A stretch of 64,000 nucleotides of DNA from an uncultured Enterobacteriaceae bacterium (GTDB lineage: Bacteria > Desulfobacterota > Binatia > Bin18). The stretch spans positions 837 to 64,836 of the forward strand of contig CAYWPF010000081.1 in NCBI GenBank assembly GCA_964460065.1. The letters are read 5' to 3'. A model generated the notes under the pieces. It saw nothing but the letters and a program-made list of their open reading frames with translations, searched no databases and was not told the origin of the DNA. Both the position numbers and the translations under genes were made by a program. Positions 40,691-50,257 of the stretch are shown piece by piece; positions within the stretch are counted from its first letter, which is position 1, and every line of letters starts with the position of its first letter.

Positions 40691-42016
40691 GTGCGAGCTA
40701 TGGAACCAATTAATTGCAGCCCAGTCTATGAATCAAGACGTCTCCAATTCTTAAAATCTATGGGAGACGGAATCGCCATCTTTCCCGCGGCGCCCACGTC
40801 CATTCGTTCGCAAGACGTGGAATATCGCTATCGACAGGATAATGATCTTTATTACCTGACGGGTTTCCCTGAACCACAATCCTTATGCTTGCTGTCGCCC
40901 AATCACGAAAATGAGCAATATATACTCTTCGTGCGCCCACGAAACAAAGACCAAGAGACATGGACAGGGAAGCGTTGGGGCGTGGAGGGAGCCACCGAAC
41001 ACTTCGGTGCCGACGCCGCCTACCCTATAGATCAATTAGACCGGGTGCTTGCGGATCACGCCCCTACGGCCGAAAAAATATACTATGGACTGGGCCGAGA
41101 AGAAAATTTGAACAGGCGTATCCTAGACATAGTGAAGCAAGCAAAAGCACAGCGCCCCCGAAGCGGCCAAGGACCGGTGTCTCTCATAGATCCGGCTGAC
41201 ATTCTGCACGAGATGAGAATGTATAAATCATCACATGAAGTGACTCTCATGAAACGGGCAATCAAGGCTTCAGCGGACGCGCACCAGGCAGCTCTCGAAC
41301 AAACACGGCCTGGTATGCGGGAATACGAAATAGAAGCTATTCTTGAATATCATTTTCGTCGCAATGGCGCAGAGGGGCCCGCTTACCCCTCAATAGTCGC
41401 GTCCGGTACCAACGCAACAGTTCTCCACTACATATCCAACAACCAATACATGAACGACGGGGACCTGTTGCTGATTGACGCTGGCTCCGAATATGGCTGT
41501 TACTGTTCTGACGTAACCAGGACGTTCCCTATTGGCCGGCGATTCTCGGCTCCACAAAGAGACATCTACAGTCTAGTCCTCGCGGCGCAAGAACGCGCCA
41601 TCGAAATGGTACGCCCCGGAGTAACAATCGACGATGTACACGATAGCGCTACGGAAACACTTATTTCTGGCCTCAAAGAGCTTCGGCTACTGCCTGGAAC
41701 GACAGAGAGTATTTTGGAAAGTGGAAGTTATCGGGAATTTTATATGCACCGCACCAGCCACTGGCTTGGAATGGACGTACACGATGTAGGGAAATACAGG
41801 GTCGGAAATCAGCCACGAACACTGGAACCGGGTATGATACTAACTGTGGAGCCTGGCCTCTATATCAGCGAAGGCAGCCCCGCGCCTAATCACTACCAAG
41901 GCATAGGCGTCCGTATAGAAGACGACGTACTGGTAACAGAATCCGGGCATGAGGTACTCACGGACTCTATCATTAAGGATATGGACGATTTGGAGTCCGT
42001 GCGAGGTACGATCTAA
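40691..42016 (+). CDS. pepP: Xaa-Pro aminopeptidase
   Basis: YRQD.D.YYLTGF.EP, LHY, DAG.E...Y.SD.TRT, H..SHWLG.DVHD, TVEPGLY, G.RIEDD; alternative ATG at 40700. Confidence 0.93.
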   Translation: MRAMEPINCSPVYESRRLQFLKSMGDGIAIFPAAPTSIRSQDVEYRYRQDNDLYYLTGFPEPQSLCLLSPNHENEQYILFVRPRNKDQETWTGKRWGVEGATEHFGADAAYPIDQLDRVLADHAPTAEKIYYGLGREENLNRRILDIVKQAKAQRPRSGQGPVSLIDPADILHEMRMYKSSHEVTLMKRAIKASADAHQAALEQTRPGMREYEIEAILEYHFRRNGAEGPAYPSIVASGTNATVLHYISNNQYMNDGDLLLIDAGSEYGCYCSDVTRTFPIGRRFSAPQRDIYSLVLAAQERAIEMVRPGVTIDDVHDSATETLISGLKELRLLPGTTESILESGSYREFYMHRTSHWLGMDVHDVGKYRVGNQPRTLEPGMILTVEPGLYISEGSPAPNHYQGIGVRIEDDVLVTESGHEVLTDSIIKDMDDLESVRGTI

Positions 42017-42039
42017 GCTGGCCTTTTCGTTCCCCCGAA

Positions 42040-42333
42040 CTATTCCGCTCCTTGCTTGATGCTATGCTCGTCGAGATAGTCCAAGATGAGCTCAATCTCT
42101 TTCCGTGACAGCGGTCGCAACCCCTGTCTCTTAAACTCTATCTCCATGCGAGCTATAATGATTTTCCACATTTCTGTCGTCAGCATCCGAGGATGGTATA
42201 GGCGGTGACAACCCGAGCACCGACCTTGGTAGAGACGCGCACCAGCCGATTCAGCATCGGGTAGAGGTTCTCCGCATTTCGTAAGGCAAAGTACGAAGAA
42301 ACTACACAACAGCCACAGCATCCTTTGCTTCAT
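42040..42333 (-). CDS. Small monohaem c-type cytochrome, probable lipoprotein
   Basis: Hydrophobic leader ending LTKC; GARLY..RCSGCH haem motif; P......W......M pattern with a candidate axial Met; ILDYL C-terminal helix. Confidence 0.75.
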   Translation of the reverse strand: MKQRMLWLLCSFFVLCLTKCGEPLPDAESAGARLYQGRCSGCHRLYHPRMLTTEMWKIIIARMEIEFKRQGLRPLSRKEIELILDYLDEHSIKQGAE

Positions 42334-42843
42334 CTACGCTTCATCGTCCCCCGAGACTGTACCTCGCCACCGACAAACTGCGACCTGTCCCGGTACATCC
42401 TCCACCTGGATTTCTATCCTATCTATATTGTTCATTGGTGGTGTCGCTAGACACTTCCTGAAGCGATCAACCAAGTGTGCAGCAATCTCCTCGGAGGAGG
42501 TGTGGACTATAGGCAGGAGACGGACATCGCTTCGCGGCAACGAAAAAGTACTACCGTCCTCGCATACAATCCGGACGACATCCGCGTCTACGTGCACCTC
42601 CAAACAATCACTCTGCCCCGGGACGAGCGTCATAAAATGCAACCTGCTAATTTCTTCCGTGGCGATTTTTTTTAGATGGAGAAAATCAACAACATACCCA
42701 TCCGCACTCACTGGACCACCCACGGTTACCCCCACGTGGTACGTGTGGCCGTGTAGCGGCTCGCGAAATCCCTTAAAGGCAATGAAATGTGCCGCTGTAA
42801 AATGCAGAAGTTCCTTTCCGACAGAAACGGAAAACATTTTCAT
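42334..42843 (-). CDS. 6-pyruvoyl-tetrahydropterin synthase/QueD family protein, Glu-type (PTPS-III-like)
   Basis: F.AAHF, EPLHGHTY, G.VVDF..LK, SSEEIA; the catalytic Cys of QueD is absent. Confidence 0.82.
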   Translation of the reverse strand: MKMFSVSVGKELLHFTAAHFIAFKGFREPLHGHTYHVGVTVGGPVSADGYVVDFLHLKKIATEEISRLHFMTLVPGQSDCLEVHVDADVVRIVCEDGSTFSLPRSDVRLLPIVHTSSEEIAAHLVDRFRKCLATPPMNNIDRIEIQVEDVPGQVAVCRWRGTVSGDDEA

Positions 42844-42855
42844 TCGCCTCTCCTC

Positions 42856-43752
42856 TCATGTACCATGGTTTGCCATGAATTCTGCGAGGCCGCTGCGGCG
42901 CATAGACGCCTCAGTTGCTCCAAAGCAACCAAAGTATGCCTCCGGCTTCATGGACGTCGTTTGTAGGAAAATTGGTAGCTCCTCCTCGATTGAGTCCTGA
43001 AGTCGTCTGTGAATCTTCCGAGATAACTTCTTGTCACTCGAAATACTTTCCAAAAAATCTCGGACCGAAATGCCATGAACCCCAGCTAACAAACAAGATA
43101 GAAAGTAGGTCATCTGGTCAGCATTAGGCTTGCGTTTCCATGCATCCTCCATGCCAAAAGCCCGCGATACCCCCGTCGAATCACGAACCGAACGGATAAT
43201 AGCAGAGCCTGTCCCAAACAATGGGCCTGGCGCAAGGAATAATATCGCGTACCCCTGCGCCTTCAATTTGACAGGGTGCGGTATATAGTGTGGCGAGGTA
43301 TACCCTGTCAGTCTATAAAGTTCTCGCCGGTATTGTCCCAGATGGTGCCGACAATCACCGCTGATCTGCCACAGCCATTCCGCCAGTCCTAGACCGGCTC
43401 GCCCCGCGCGCTCGACAAGCATCTGAACCGTCTTTGCGGAATAGCCTTCTCTAGTCGCAAGTTTGGCCAGATCCGCGGGCAAGAGTACCAACCCGAGCCC
43501 CTCTATTCGGCCGTCGGGCACTGTCCCCAGTTGCAGGATTTCACCACGAAGCGGTACCTGGTCTAACTCCAAGTCCGTTGCGAACCGGTCCCCGTGCTTT
43601 GACAGTTTCGCAAACCCACGGTCACAATGGTCCAGCGCTACTATATTAACCCGGCGTGGCCGCAAAGACCCAGAAAGTGAGAGGCCATGACCGCTCATCA
43701 GGGAGCCATGACCAATTACCAGAATTTCTACATTTTTTACCAAAGCTCTCAA
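42856..43752 (-). CDS. Hypothetical protein with N-terminal gamma-glutamylcyclotransferase/ChaC-like motifs
   Basis: VIGHGSLM (compare YGSL), RGF, LAKLATREGY (compare LDxREGY with the catalytic Glu). Confidence 0.5.
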   Translation of the reverse strand: MRALVKNVEILVIGHGSLMSGHGLSLSGSLRPRRVNIVALDHCDRGFAKLSKHGDRFATDLELDQVPLRGEILQLGTVPDGRIEGLGLVLLPADLAKLATREGYSAKTVQMLVERAGRAGLGLAEWLWQISGDCRHHLGQYRRELYRLTGYTSPHYIPHPVKLKAQGYAILFLAPGPLFGTGSAIIRSVRDSTGVSRAFGMEDAWKRKPNADQMTYFLSCLLAGVHGISVRDFLESISSDKKLSRKIHRRLQDSIEEELPIFLQTTSMKPEAYFGCFGATEASMRRSGLAEFMANHGT

Positions 43753-43763
43753 TTCCTGGCACC

Positions 43764-44792
43764 CTAAGACCCGCCAGGCTCCTTTTGACTTTCCTGTTTT
43801 CCATCCTCTATATGGCTATGGACGGAGAAGGAAAAGGAAGCCGCTCTCTCCACAACGTTCCAGTCGTGCGAAGGGATTACCATAAGCGTTGGAACGAGTT
43901 CCGCAAATTTTTTCAAGCGCCAAATGCGTCTCCACCATAGGCCCGGATCGGCAACCAACCCGGGCATCCAGGCGAACCTCATTTGGTCTTCCGTACGACA
44001 CAAATTTCCTGCGAGAAGGACCGGTCGATCCGGCAAATTGACAAGGACAGCTAAGCCGCCTGCGCTGGTACCGGATACATCTATGAGCCAAATGCTACCA
44101 TCGCCCAATAAATCATAGCTCTTCGCGAACGTGCCAAGCGGATCCATTTCGTCAAAGTTAGCAAAACGCCATTCTGAAATGTTTGCGAAATCATCGGCTC
44201 TGTAAAAGCCAAAGATAGTACTTTCACTTGCCGCAGCGAGTTCAGTCGGGCCAATCAGAATTGGTACATCATCAAAATGCTCCAATCCTCCGGTGTGCAA
44301 GAAACTCAGGTCCGGCATAACAATCTCCTCAATCCGCAAATGCCCAAGCCCTGCCAATTCCAGCTGAGACAGAATGTCTTGCCCCGCATCCATATTTACC
44401 CGCAAAACGGATGAACGAACTGCCCCAAAATACCGCTCAGGAGCACGCGATGTTTGTCGGCTCAACCCCGTTCCCACTAGCGTCAAACCACGCTCGGGGT
44501 GTTCAATCGCAAACACCACAGCAGCGAGGGACCTCCGGCGCCTTATATCATCGGCTCTATGCACCACAACTGCCGGGAGATTCACTGTCCCTGTTTTAAA
44601 TGCGTGAAGTCGGAGTTCCTCCAATCCTTTGTAATCCATTTCCCAGTTATGCAGAATCGGCTCAACCCGCGGTAACCGCCGACTTTCCGAACAAGACAGG
44701 CACACCAACAAGCAAAGTCCGACCGTTAAACAGCGAATCGTGAAACCCGAAAAACGCAACTCAAGCCTAATAGCCGGATCCATATTTATCAT
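43764..44792 (-). CDS. Metallo-beta-lactamase-fold protein (AHL-lactonase-like) with degenerate metal site, probably exported
   Basis: FAIEHP..G..LVGTG, PDLSFLHTGGL (at HxHxDH), YDLLGDGSI.LI, LLAGN, IPSHD; N-terminal hydrophobic segment ending CLSC. Confidence 0.7.
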   Translation of the reverse strand: MINMDPAIRLELRFSGFTIRCLTVGLCLLVCLSCSESRRLPRVEPILHNWEMDYKGLEELRLHAFKTGTVNLPAVVVHRADDIRRRRSLAAVVFAIEHPERGLTLVGTGLSRQTSRAPERYFGAVRSSVLRVNMDAGQDILSQLELAGLGHLRIEEIVMPDLSFLHTGGLEHFDDVPILIGPTELAAASESTIFGFYRADDFANISEWRFANFDEMDPLGTFAKSYDLLGDGSIWLIDVSGTSAGGLAVLVNLPDRPVLLAGNLCRTEDQMRFAWMPGLVADPGLWWRRIWRLKKFAELVPTLMVIPSHDWNVVERAASFSFSVHSHIEDGKQESQKEPGGS

Positions 44793-44922
44793 GGTTTATG
44801 GTTTGCAGATTCTAGCCGCACTATAGTACCTTCCTCAGCCAAAGCGCTAGAGGAGCATGATGTCCCTTACTATACTGCGGGTTTCTCTGGTCGTCAGAAT
44901 TTTTCAACTCCCTTTTCATGAG

Positions 44923-44951
44923 TTGACCTGATATAACCGCTCCACTATGCT
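44923..44951 (+). promoter_or_regulatory. Sigma70 promoter for the MoxR/VWA operon
   Basis: TTGACC-N17-TATGCT, 22 bp upstream of ATG 44974. Confidence 0.6.
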
Positions 44952-44973
44952 GTGAACGCCATTTCGCCGAGGA

Positions 44974-46386
44974 ATGGCCCAGAGAGACTTTCCTATGGAT
45001 AGGCCACCGGGCACCGAAGAGCGACTAGCGGTTGCAACAATAGAAGAGAGGCTACGACGACTTCGCAACCGATACAATATACATACAGCGCAAAACGGAC
45101 TCTACAGTACAGGAACAGTAGCCGGACTCTCTTTTTCTGTTATTACTTTGCTTGCCTTCTCCCTACCCCGGACTTGGTTTTCTGTAATGGCATGGTCCAT
45201 ACTTATCCTTTGCGGATTTTTTTGTTTTCGACTAATTCAGCGATGTACCTCTTTCTGGACTAACCCACGCTCCGCAGCTAGACGCATTGATCGTAACGCA
45301 GGGCTGAAGGGGCGTCTTGCGACTCTCGCGGGACTGATAAACCCGGAAAGCCAAAACATACTCCCGCAATCAGTTCTCGTACGCCACCTGTTAAACGACA
45401 ATCTCGAATTTTTCCCTTCTTGGGAAATAAAAAAAATCGCACCGAGCTACGTGCCGCTAAGCCTCCTGCCGTTTTGCGCAGCCATCGTCCTCGCCGCCTT
45501 TGTAGCATCTATCCCGCTACTGTCCCCCGCGTCCGAAACTCTTCCTTTTTCTCTGACCAATCTGGAATTGGTCGCATCTGAACTCCCGCAGCGGGCGGGG
45601 CGTCTCTTCGATGAGCGTATTGCTCCCACGGCCCAGGGAGATCAACCACCCGAAATGGTCCCTAATGAGGATCAGGTTGGTGCTGGTGCTGTAGAATCCA
45701 ACCAGACGGTCGACGTAGGCAAGGAACTGGCAGAGTTAGCGGCATTACCTGAAGAACTGCAGGAGGCCTTAAAAAAGGCTTTGGCCGGCCTTCCGGATTC
45801 GGAAGAAAGACTACAATCTGACATGAGTATCACGGAAGAAAGTAAGCGAGCGTGGGATGACGCCGGCAACTTCGAACAACTTTCTAGCAACAACGGGAAT
45901 AACGCAACAGAGTCTGGGCCGTTAGAAAGTCGGAACACGCGGCAGAACGCCGACTCCGGGGATGATACTGGGAGCGGCACTCCGCCAAAAGTTGGAGGAG
46001 GATTGCAGAAACTGAGACAGGCACGGCTCGAAAGGCGTAAAAACATTGGCGTATTGCAGTCGGGCGAGCCACAGCGAAGAAGCCAAGGGGGACGATCGGG
46101 AAAAGCTGGTCTAGGTGCCGGAAAAGGAACAGACAAACGCCTGTACGGCTCCATCACCATTCCGCCGGGGGGGCCACAAAGGTTTAGCCTGTCCCTGGAT
46201 GGGAGCTTCGAGAAAAGCAGTGCCGGCCAAGAAACGATTAAAGATGAAGGCGGCGGGGTGTTTATTAAGTCAGCCAGCGAACTAAATGAGAACCAAACCT
46301 CCGACGACGCCATGCGCAATGCCCAGGTTCCGGCCGAGTACGAAGACATCGTAAAACGACTATTTTCCGAGGAGGGAATGCCTTGA
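44974..46386 (+). CDS. Membrane protein with coiled/low-complexity Gly-rich tail (MoxR operon partner)
   Basis: Three TM segments, AARRID...GL..RL.T, Gly-rich C-terminal region ending VPAEYEDIVKRLF. Confidence 0.7.
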   Translation: MAQRDFPMDRPPGTEERLAVATIEERLRRLRNRYNIHTAQNGLYSTGTVAGLSFSVITLLAFSLPRTWFSVMAWSILILCGFFCFRLIQRCTSFWTNPRSAARRIDRNAGLKGRLATLAGLINPESQNILPQSVLVRHLLNDNLEFFPSWEIKKIAPSYVPLSLLPFCAAIVLAAFVASIPLLSPASETLPFSLTNLELVASELPQRAGRLFDERIAPTAQGDQPPEMVPNEDQVGAGAVESNQTVDVGKELAELAALPEELQEALKKALAGLPDSEERLQSDMSITEESKRAWDDAGNFEQLSSNNGNNATESGPLESRNTRQNADSGDDTGSGTPPKVGGGLQKLRQARLERRKNIGVLQSGEPQRRSQGGRSGKAGLGAGKGTDKRLYGSITIPPGGPQRFSLSLDGSFEKSSAGQETIKDEGGGVFIKSASELNENQTSDDAMRNAQVPAEYEDIVKRLFSEEGMP

Positions 46387-47432
46387 TAGAAACACCTGCC
46401 ACTGAGGCCGTCCTTGAATTTCAAGACACCTTTCGGCGTATTCGCGCCGAATTAGGAAAGGTTATAATAGGCCATGATCAGCTGATAGAAAACATCCTGA
46501 TTGCTTTCTTTGCAGGAGGTCATGTACTAATAGAAGGCGTACCCGGAACGGGGAAAACGCTCTTAGTGCGTTCGCTGGCTCAAGTATTAAATCTGAGCTT
46601 CAATCGAATACAATTCACAGTCGACCTTATGCCCGCGGACGTGACCGGAACGCAGATGGTTATGGACCAAGAAGATGGCCGTCGGGACTTCTCCTTCATT
46701 CGCGGTCCGATCTTTTCGCACGTTTTGCTCGCCGATGAAATCAATCGCTCCACGCCCAAGACACAGGCCGCACTGCTGGAAGCAATGGCGGAGTTACAAG
46801 CCACCGTCGCCGGGACCACCTACAGACTCGAGCCTCCATTTTTCGTACTTGCCACCCTAAACCCCATAGAAATGGAAGGCACCTACCCGCTCCCAGAAGC
46901 CCAACTCGACCGTTTCTTTTTCAAAGTTCGCTTAACCTACCCTACTCACGAGGAAATTCGACGCATCATCAGCTCTACAACGACGACAGCAGAGCCTGAC
47001 CTCCAGCCCGTTTTTTTAGCATCTGAAGCGGCCAGTAAGGTGATTACCTTTCGTAAGCTGGTTCGCGAGGTGCTCGTGGCCCCGCACATGGAAGAGTACA
47101 TTGCTGCACTAATACACGCCACATTGCCCGAGGACGCTCCCTACCTGAACAAAGACGATAATGCACCAATTACTCTACAGAAAGACGCTCTGGTCAACGA
47201 TTACGTCAACTTTGGGTCACGCCCCCGGGGCGGCCAGACACTGCTGCTCGGAGCGAAAGTGGTCGCACTGCTCGATGGTCGCGCTAATGTCAGCTACGAA
47301 GACGTGGACAGAGTGGCCCTCCCAACACTTAGCCATAGACTGGTTCTTAATTTCGCCGCCGAAGCAGAAAATGTCGATCCAGGAACGATTGTGCAGAGTA
47401 TTCTCGGGTCTGCCAAGAGAATACAAACATAG
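46383..47432 (+). CDS. moxR: MoxR-family AAA+ ATPase
   Basis: GVPGTGKT, RIQFT.DLMPAD..G, LADEINR..PKTQ.ALLEAM.E, NPIE.EGTY.LPEAQLDRF. Confidence 0.95.
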   Translation: MIETPATEAVLEFQDTFRRIRAELGKVIIGHDQLIENILIAFFAGGHVLIEGVPGTGKTLLVRSLAQVLNLSFNRIQFTVDLMPADVTGTQMVMDQEDGRRDFSFIRGPIFSHVLLADEINRSTPKTQAALLEAMAELQATVAGTTYRLEPPFFVLATLNPIEMEGTYPLPEAQLDRFFFKVRLTYPTHEEIRRIISSTTTTAEPDLQPVFLASEAASKVITFRKLVREVLVAPHMEEYIAALIHATLPEDAPYLNKDDNAPITLQKDALVNDYVNFGSRPRGGQTLLLGAKVVALLDGRANVSYEDVDRVALPTLSHRLVLNFAAEAENVDPGTIVQSILGSAKRIQT

Positions 47433-47444
47433 GGTGGCGCCACC

Positions 47445-48353
47445 ATGACCTTGACCGATCCTAAATTCTTTAGGCAGCTAGACCGTTTACGAATCCGTAT
47501 GGGCGCGGCGCGAGGACACCGTCCGGGGGAAACCCCCATTCCTCGCACGAATCAGGCATGGGGCGTAGAATTCGAGTCCCATAAAGAATACGCCCCCGGG
47601 GACGATTTTCGTTACCTGGACTGGAATGCAGCCGGGCGCCTCAACCAGCTGTTAGTAAAAACTTTCGTTGCGGAGCGCGAGATTCCCTGCCACATCATGA
47701 TTGACACTAGTGCGTCCATGGCCGCCCCGGCGCAAGATAAAAAATTCGCTTTCTCTTTGGACATCGCCGCGGCCCTGAGCTATATAGTTTTGTCGAGCAA
47801 CAATACTCTCCGAATTGCGGAACTATCCTCCCACAGTAAAAAGCACGGTCCAGTCCACGCAACACCCTTTTTGAGACACCGTGCTCGTTTTCAACAGGCT
47901 CAGTCTTTTTTTACTCCCCTTGTAGCCTCTGGTGAGACCTACCTTCAGGAGTCGATCGAGTCTTACATCGGGCGCACCAAAGAACCTGGGGTCGTCATCT
48001 TAATTTCCGATTTTATGGTTCCGCCGGAGCATTATCGGGCAGCAATTCTTTTTCTGGTTGCGCGCAGATACGACGTGAAAACGCTCCATATAATGGGCGA
48101 TAAAGAATTACATCCGGAGCATTTGTTTCGTCGGGGGATACTCAGGGATGTCGAAACACAAAGAGAACGGCGTATCACACTTAATGCCGCGAATTTAGAA
48201 AAATACAAAAAGGTCGTCGCTACGCACCTCCGCGAGATCCGGGAATTCTGTCATCAGCACCGAGTCTTCTACACCTGTCTCACCAGCACGACCTCAGTTT
48301 CTGATGCGATCACCAATACACTCACGCGAGAAGGCTTGCTGACCATTCACTGA
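47445..48353 (+). CDS. DUF58 (VWA-like) protein
   Basis: G.EF..H.EY.PGDD.R..DWN, DTSASM, ISDF; follows MoxR. Confidence 0.9.
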   Translation: MTLTDPKFFRQLDRLRIRMGAARGHRPGETPIPRTNQAWGVEFESHKEYAPGDDFRYLDWNAAGRLNQLLVKTFVAEREIPCHIMIDTSASMAAPAQDKKFAFSLDIAAALSYIVLSSNNTLRIAELSSHSKKHGPVHATPFLRHRARFQQAQSFFTPLVASGETYLQESIESYIGRTKEPGVVILISDFMVPPEHYRAAILFLVARRYDVKTLHIMGDKELHPEHLFRRGILRDVETQRERRITLNAANLEKYKKVVATHLREIREFCHQHRVFYTCLTSTTSVSDAITNTLTREGLLTIH

Positions 48354-48364
48354 GGAAAGTTGTC

Positions 48365-50257
48365 ATGGGAATTCTTAATCCGGCAGCCCTTCCTTTCTTG
48401 TCTCTGTTAGGTGTCCTCGTTCTAATCTACCTAAGGCAGCGTAAAAGGACTGCCATTGAGGTACCTAGCCTTCTACTGTGGGAAGCGATCGAGGAGGAAC
48501 GAATAGAAGCGCGGCGCTTTCGGCCGGACTTTCTCTTTTGGCTCCAAATGCTGTTGCTTCTATTGTTATTAACAGGCCTGCTCCACCCCTACTGGTCGAA
48601 CACTATAACACGCGTACACGGAAACCGACACATCTTTGTTGTTGATCTCTCCGCCAGTATGCAAGCGCGCGAACCTAACGCACGCCGAATTGAAATCGCG
48701 CGTGACCGAGCCCAGTCGGTTCTCGAATCGTTAGACCCGCTGGATGAGGTCATGCTAATTGGGGTCAAGGAACGGCCGCGAGTGATCAGTGGCTATACAA
48801 CCGACCACAGACTATTTTCACAATTTCTGGACGACTTAGAACCTGCCGATACCACGACCCATCTTGAACTGGGAATCGAGCTGGCCCTTGCGAGGCGAGA
48901 TCGTTCTGGATACGACGCTACAGTTCACGTGTTCACCGACATGCTGTCGGAGAAGTTGCAACTTTCAGCAATCCAACGAGACGCATTGGCCTATTACCAG
49001 GTCGGGGAAACCGATGACAATGTCGGCTTAGCATCCGTACATGTCCACCAAACCCCTTTCCAGGATTATCGGCAGGCGCAAACGTATGTGTTAGTGCGTA
49101 ACTACGCCAGCCGTCAGAAGACCGCAACCTTGCAGGTAGACCATGATAATGTTCCGGTTTTCAGCGAGACGTTCGACATGAAGCCCTACGCGTCTCGGTC
49201 ATTCTCGTTAACCGGTTTCACTGGGCCTGGGCAATTGGATGTTAATTTAGCTAGTAACGACGCTCTATCCGCGGACAATCGTGCATTTGCATGGGTCTCC
49301 GAACGGCAGCCGTGGAGGCTGGTCATCGTTTCTCCGACTTCGCTGCTAGTAGAAGAACTCCGCTCTGTTACGAATACCTTACCAGGTGTTGAACTCGTCC
49401 AGCAGACACCAGACGAATTTTTGGGACAAACCCATCAAAAGCGAGACATCGTGGTCTTTCACCAACACGTGCCTGAAGAGGAAATCGAAAGCAACAGTGT
49501 ATTCATCTATCCGCCGGTAAAAAATTCGCTGTTTCCCGTGTTACATGAAGCGTCAGACCTAAATATCTTGGATTGGAACCAAGAGCATCAAATCCTCCAC
49601 AATTTGCAATACATCGAAGCAATTCCGTTCAGACGTGCCCGAATCCTCGACTTGCCATCCTGGGCACACATACTCATCTCATCGCGCACGGAGGATCGAG
49701 AGGTACCCCTAGTGCTAACGGGAGAACGAGATGGCCGCCGCGTTGTGTGCCTGGCTTTTGATATAGAGGAAGGAACTCTAACAGATTCCGACAACCTTAC
49801 ACTTTTGGTCCTTTTTCTTAACACTCTCCGTTGGCTTCGAACACCGAGTACGATGGAACCTCACGTTTTGTCGGTAGGAGATTCGTTTTTTCTACCCCCC
49901 GAAGTAGGCGAGAGTGTTACCACGGTCGCAGGGCCGTACGCAGAAGCTGCACCCATAGAGGCAGGGATGGTGACGCTAGAACGGTCCGGTATTTATGAGA
50001 TAGCGGGGGCAATGTATAGCGCCGTAGTCTATGCGAACCTTTTTGACGAGGGAGAGTCAGATATCGGAAGATCTGCATCGAATTTAATTCAAACAGAACA
50101 CAATATCCGGCTTAATACAGACATACCCAGCGGCACTAAGGTTGACCAAGAAACCCAGAGAGAGTTCGGTCAATTCCTTTACTGGATTGGTGTATTCCTA
50201 TTATTCGCAGAATGGTTCTATAGCCTACGGAATTCATACGCTGACCAAACACCATGA
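48365..50257 (+). CDS. BatA-like N-terminal TM plus VWA domain protein
   Basis: NP.AL..L, VPSLLLW, DLSASM MIDAS, FTD, DNVG.., D.L.ADN, ESDI, C-terminal TM ending EW. Confidence 0.85.
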   Translation: MGILNPAALPFLSLLGVLVLIYLRQRKRTAIEVPSLLLWEAIEEERIEARRFRPDFLFWLQMLLLLLLLTGLLHPYWSNTITRVHGNRHIFVVDLSASMQAREPNARRIEIARDRAQSVLESLDPLDEVMLIGVKERPRVISGYTTDHRLFSQFLDDLEPADTTTHLELGIELALARRDRSGYDATVHVFTDMLSEKLQLSAIQRDALAYYQVGETDDNVGLASVHVHQTPFQDYRQAQTYVLVRNYASRQKTATLQVDHDNVPVFSETFDMKPYASRSFSLTGFTGPGQLDVNLASNDALSADNRAFAWVSERQPWRLVIVSPTSLLVEELRSVTNTLPGVELVQQTPDEFLGQTHQKRDIVVFHQHVPEEEIESNSVFIYPPVKNSLFPVLHEASDLNILDWNQEHQILHNLQYIEAIPFRRARILDLPSWAHILISSRTEDREVPLVLTGERDGRRVVCLAFDIEEGTLTDSDNLTLLVLFLNTLRWLRTPSTMEPHVLSVGDSFFLPPEVGESVTTVAGPYAEAAPIEAGMVTLERSGIYEIAGAMYSAVVYANLFDEGESDIGRSASNLIQTEHNIRLNTDIPSGTKVDQETQREFGQFLYWIGVFLLFAEWFYSLRNSYADQTP

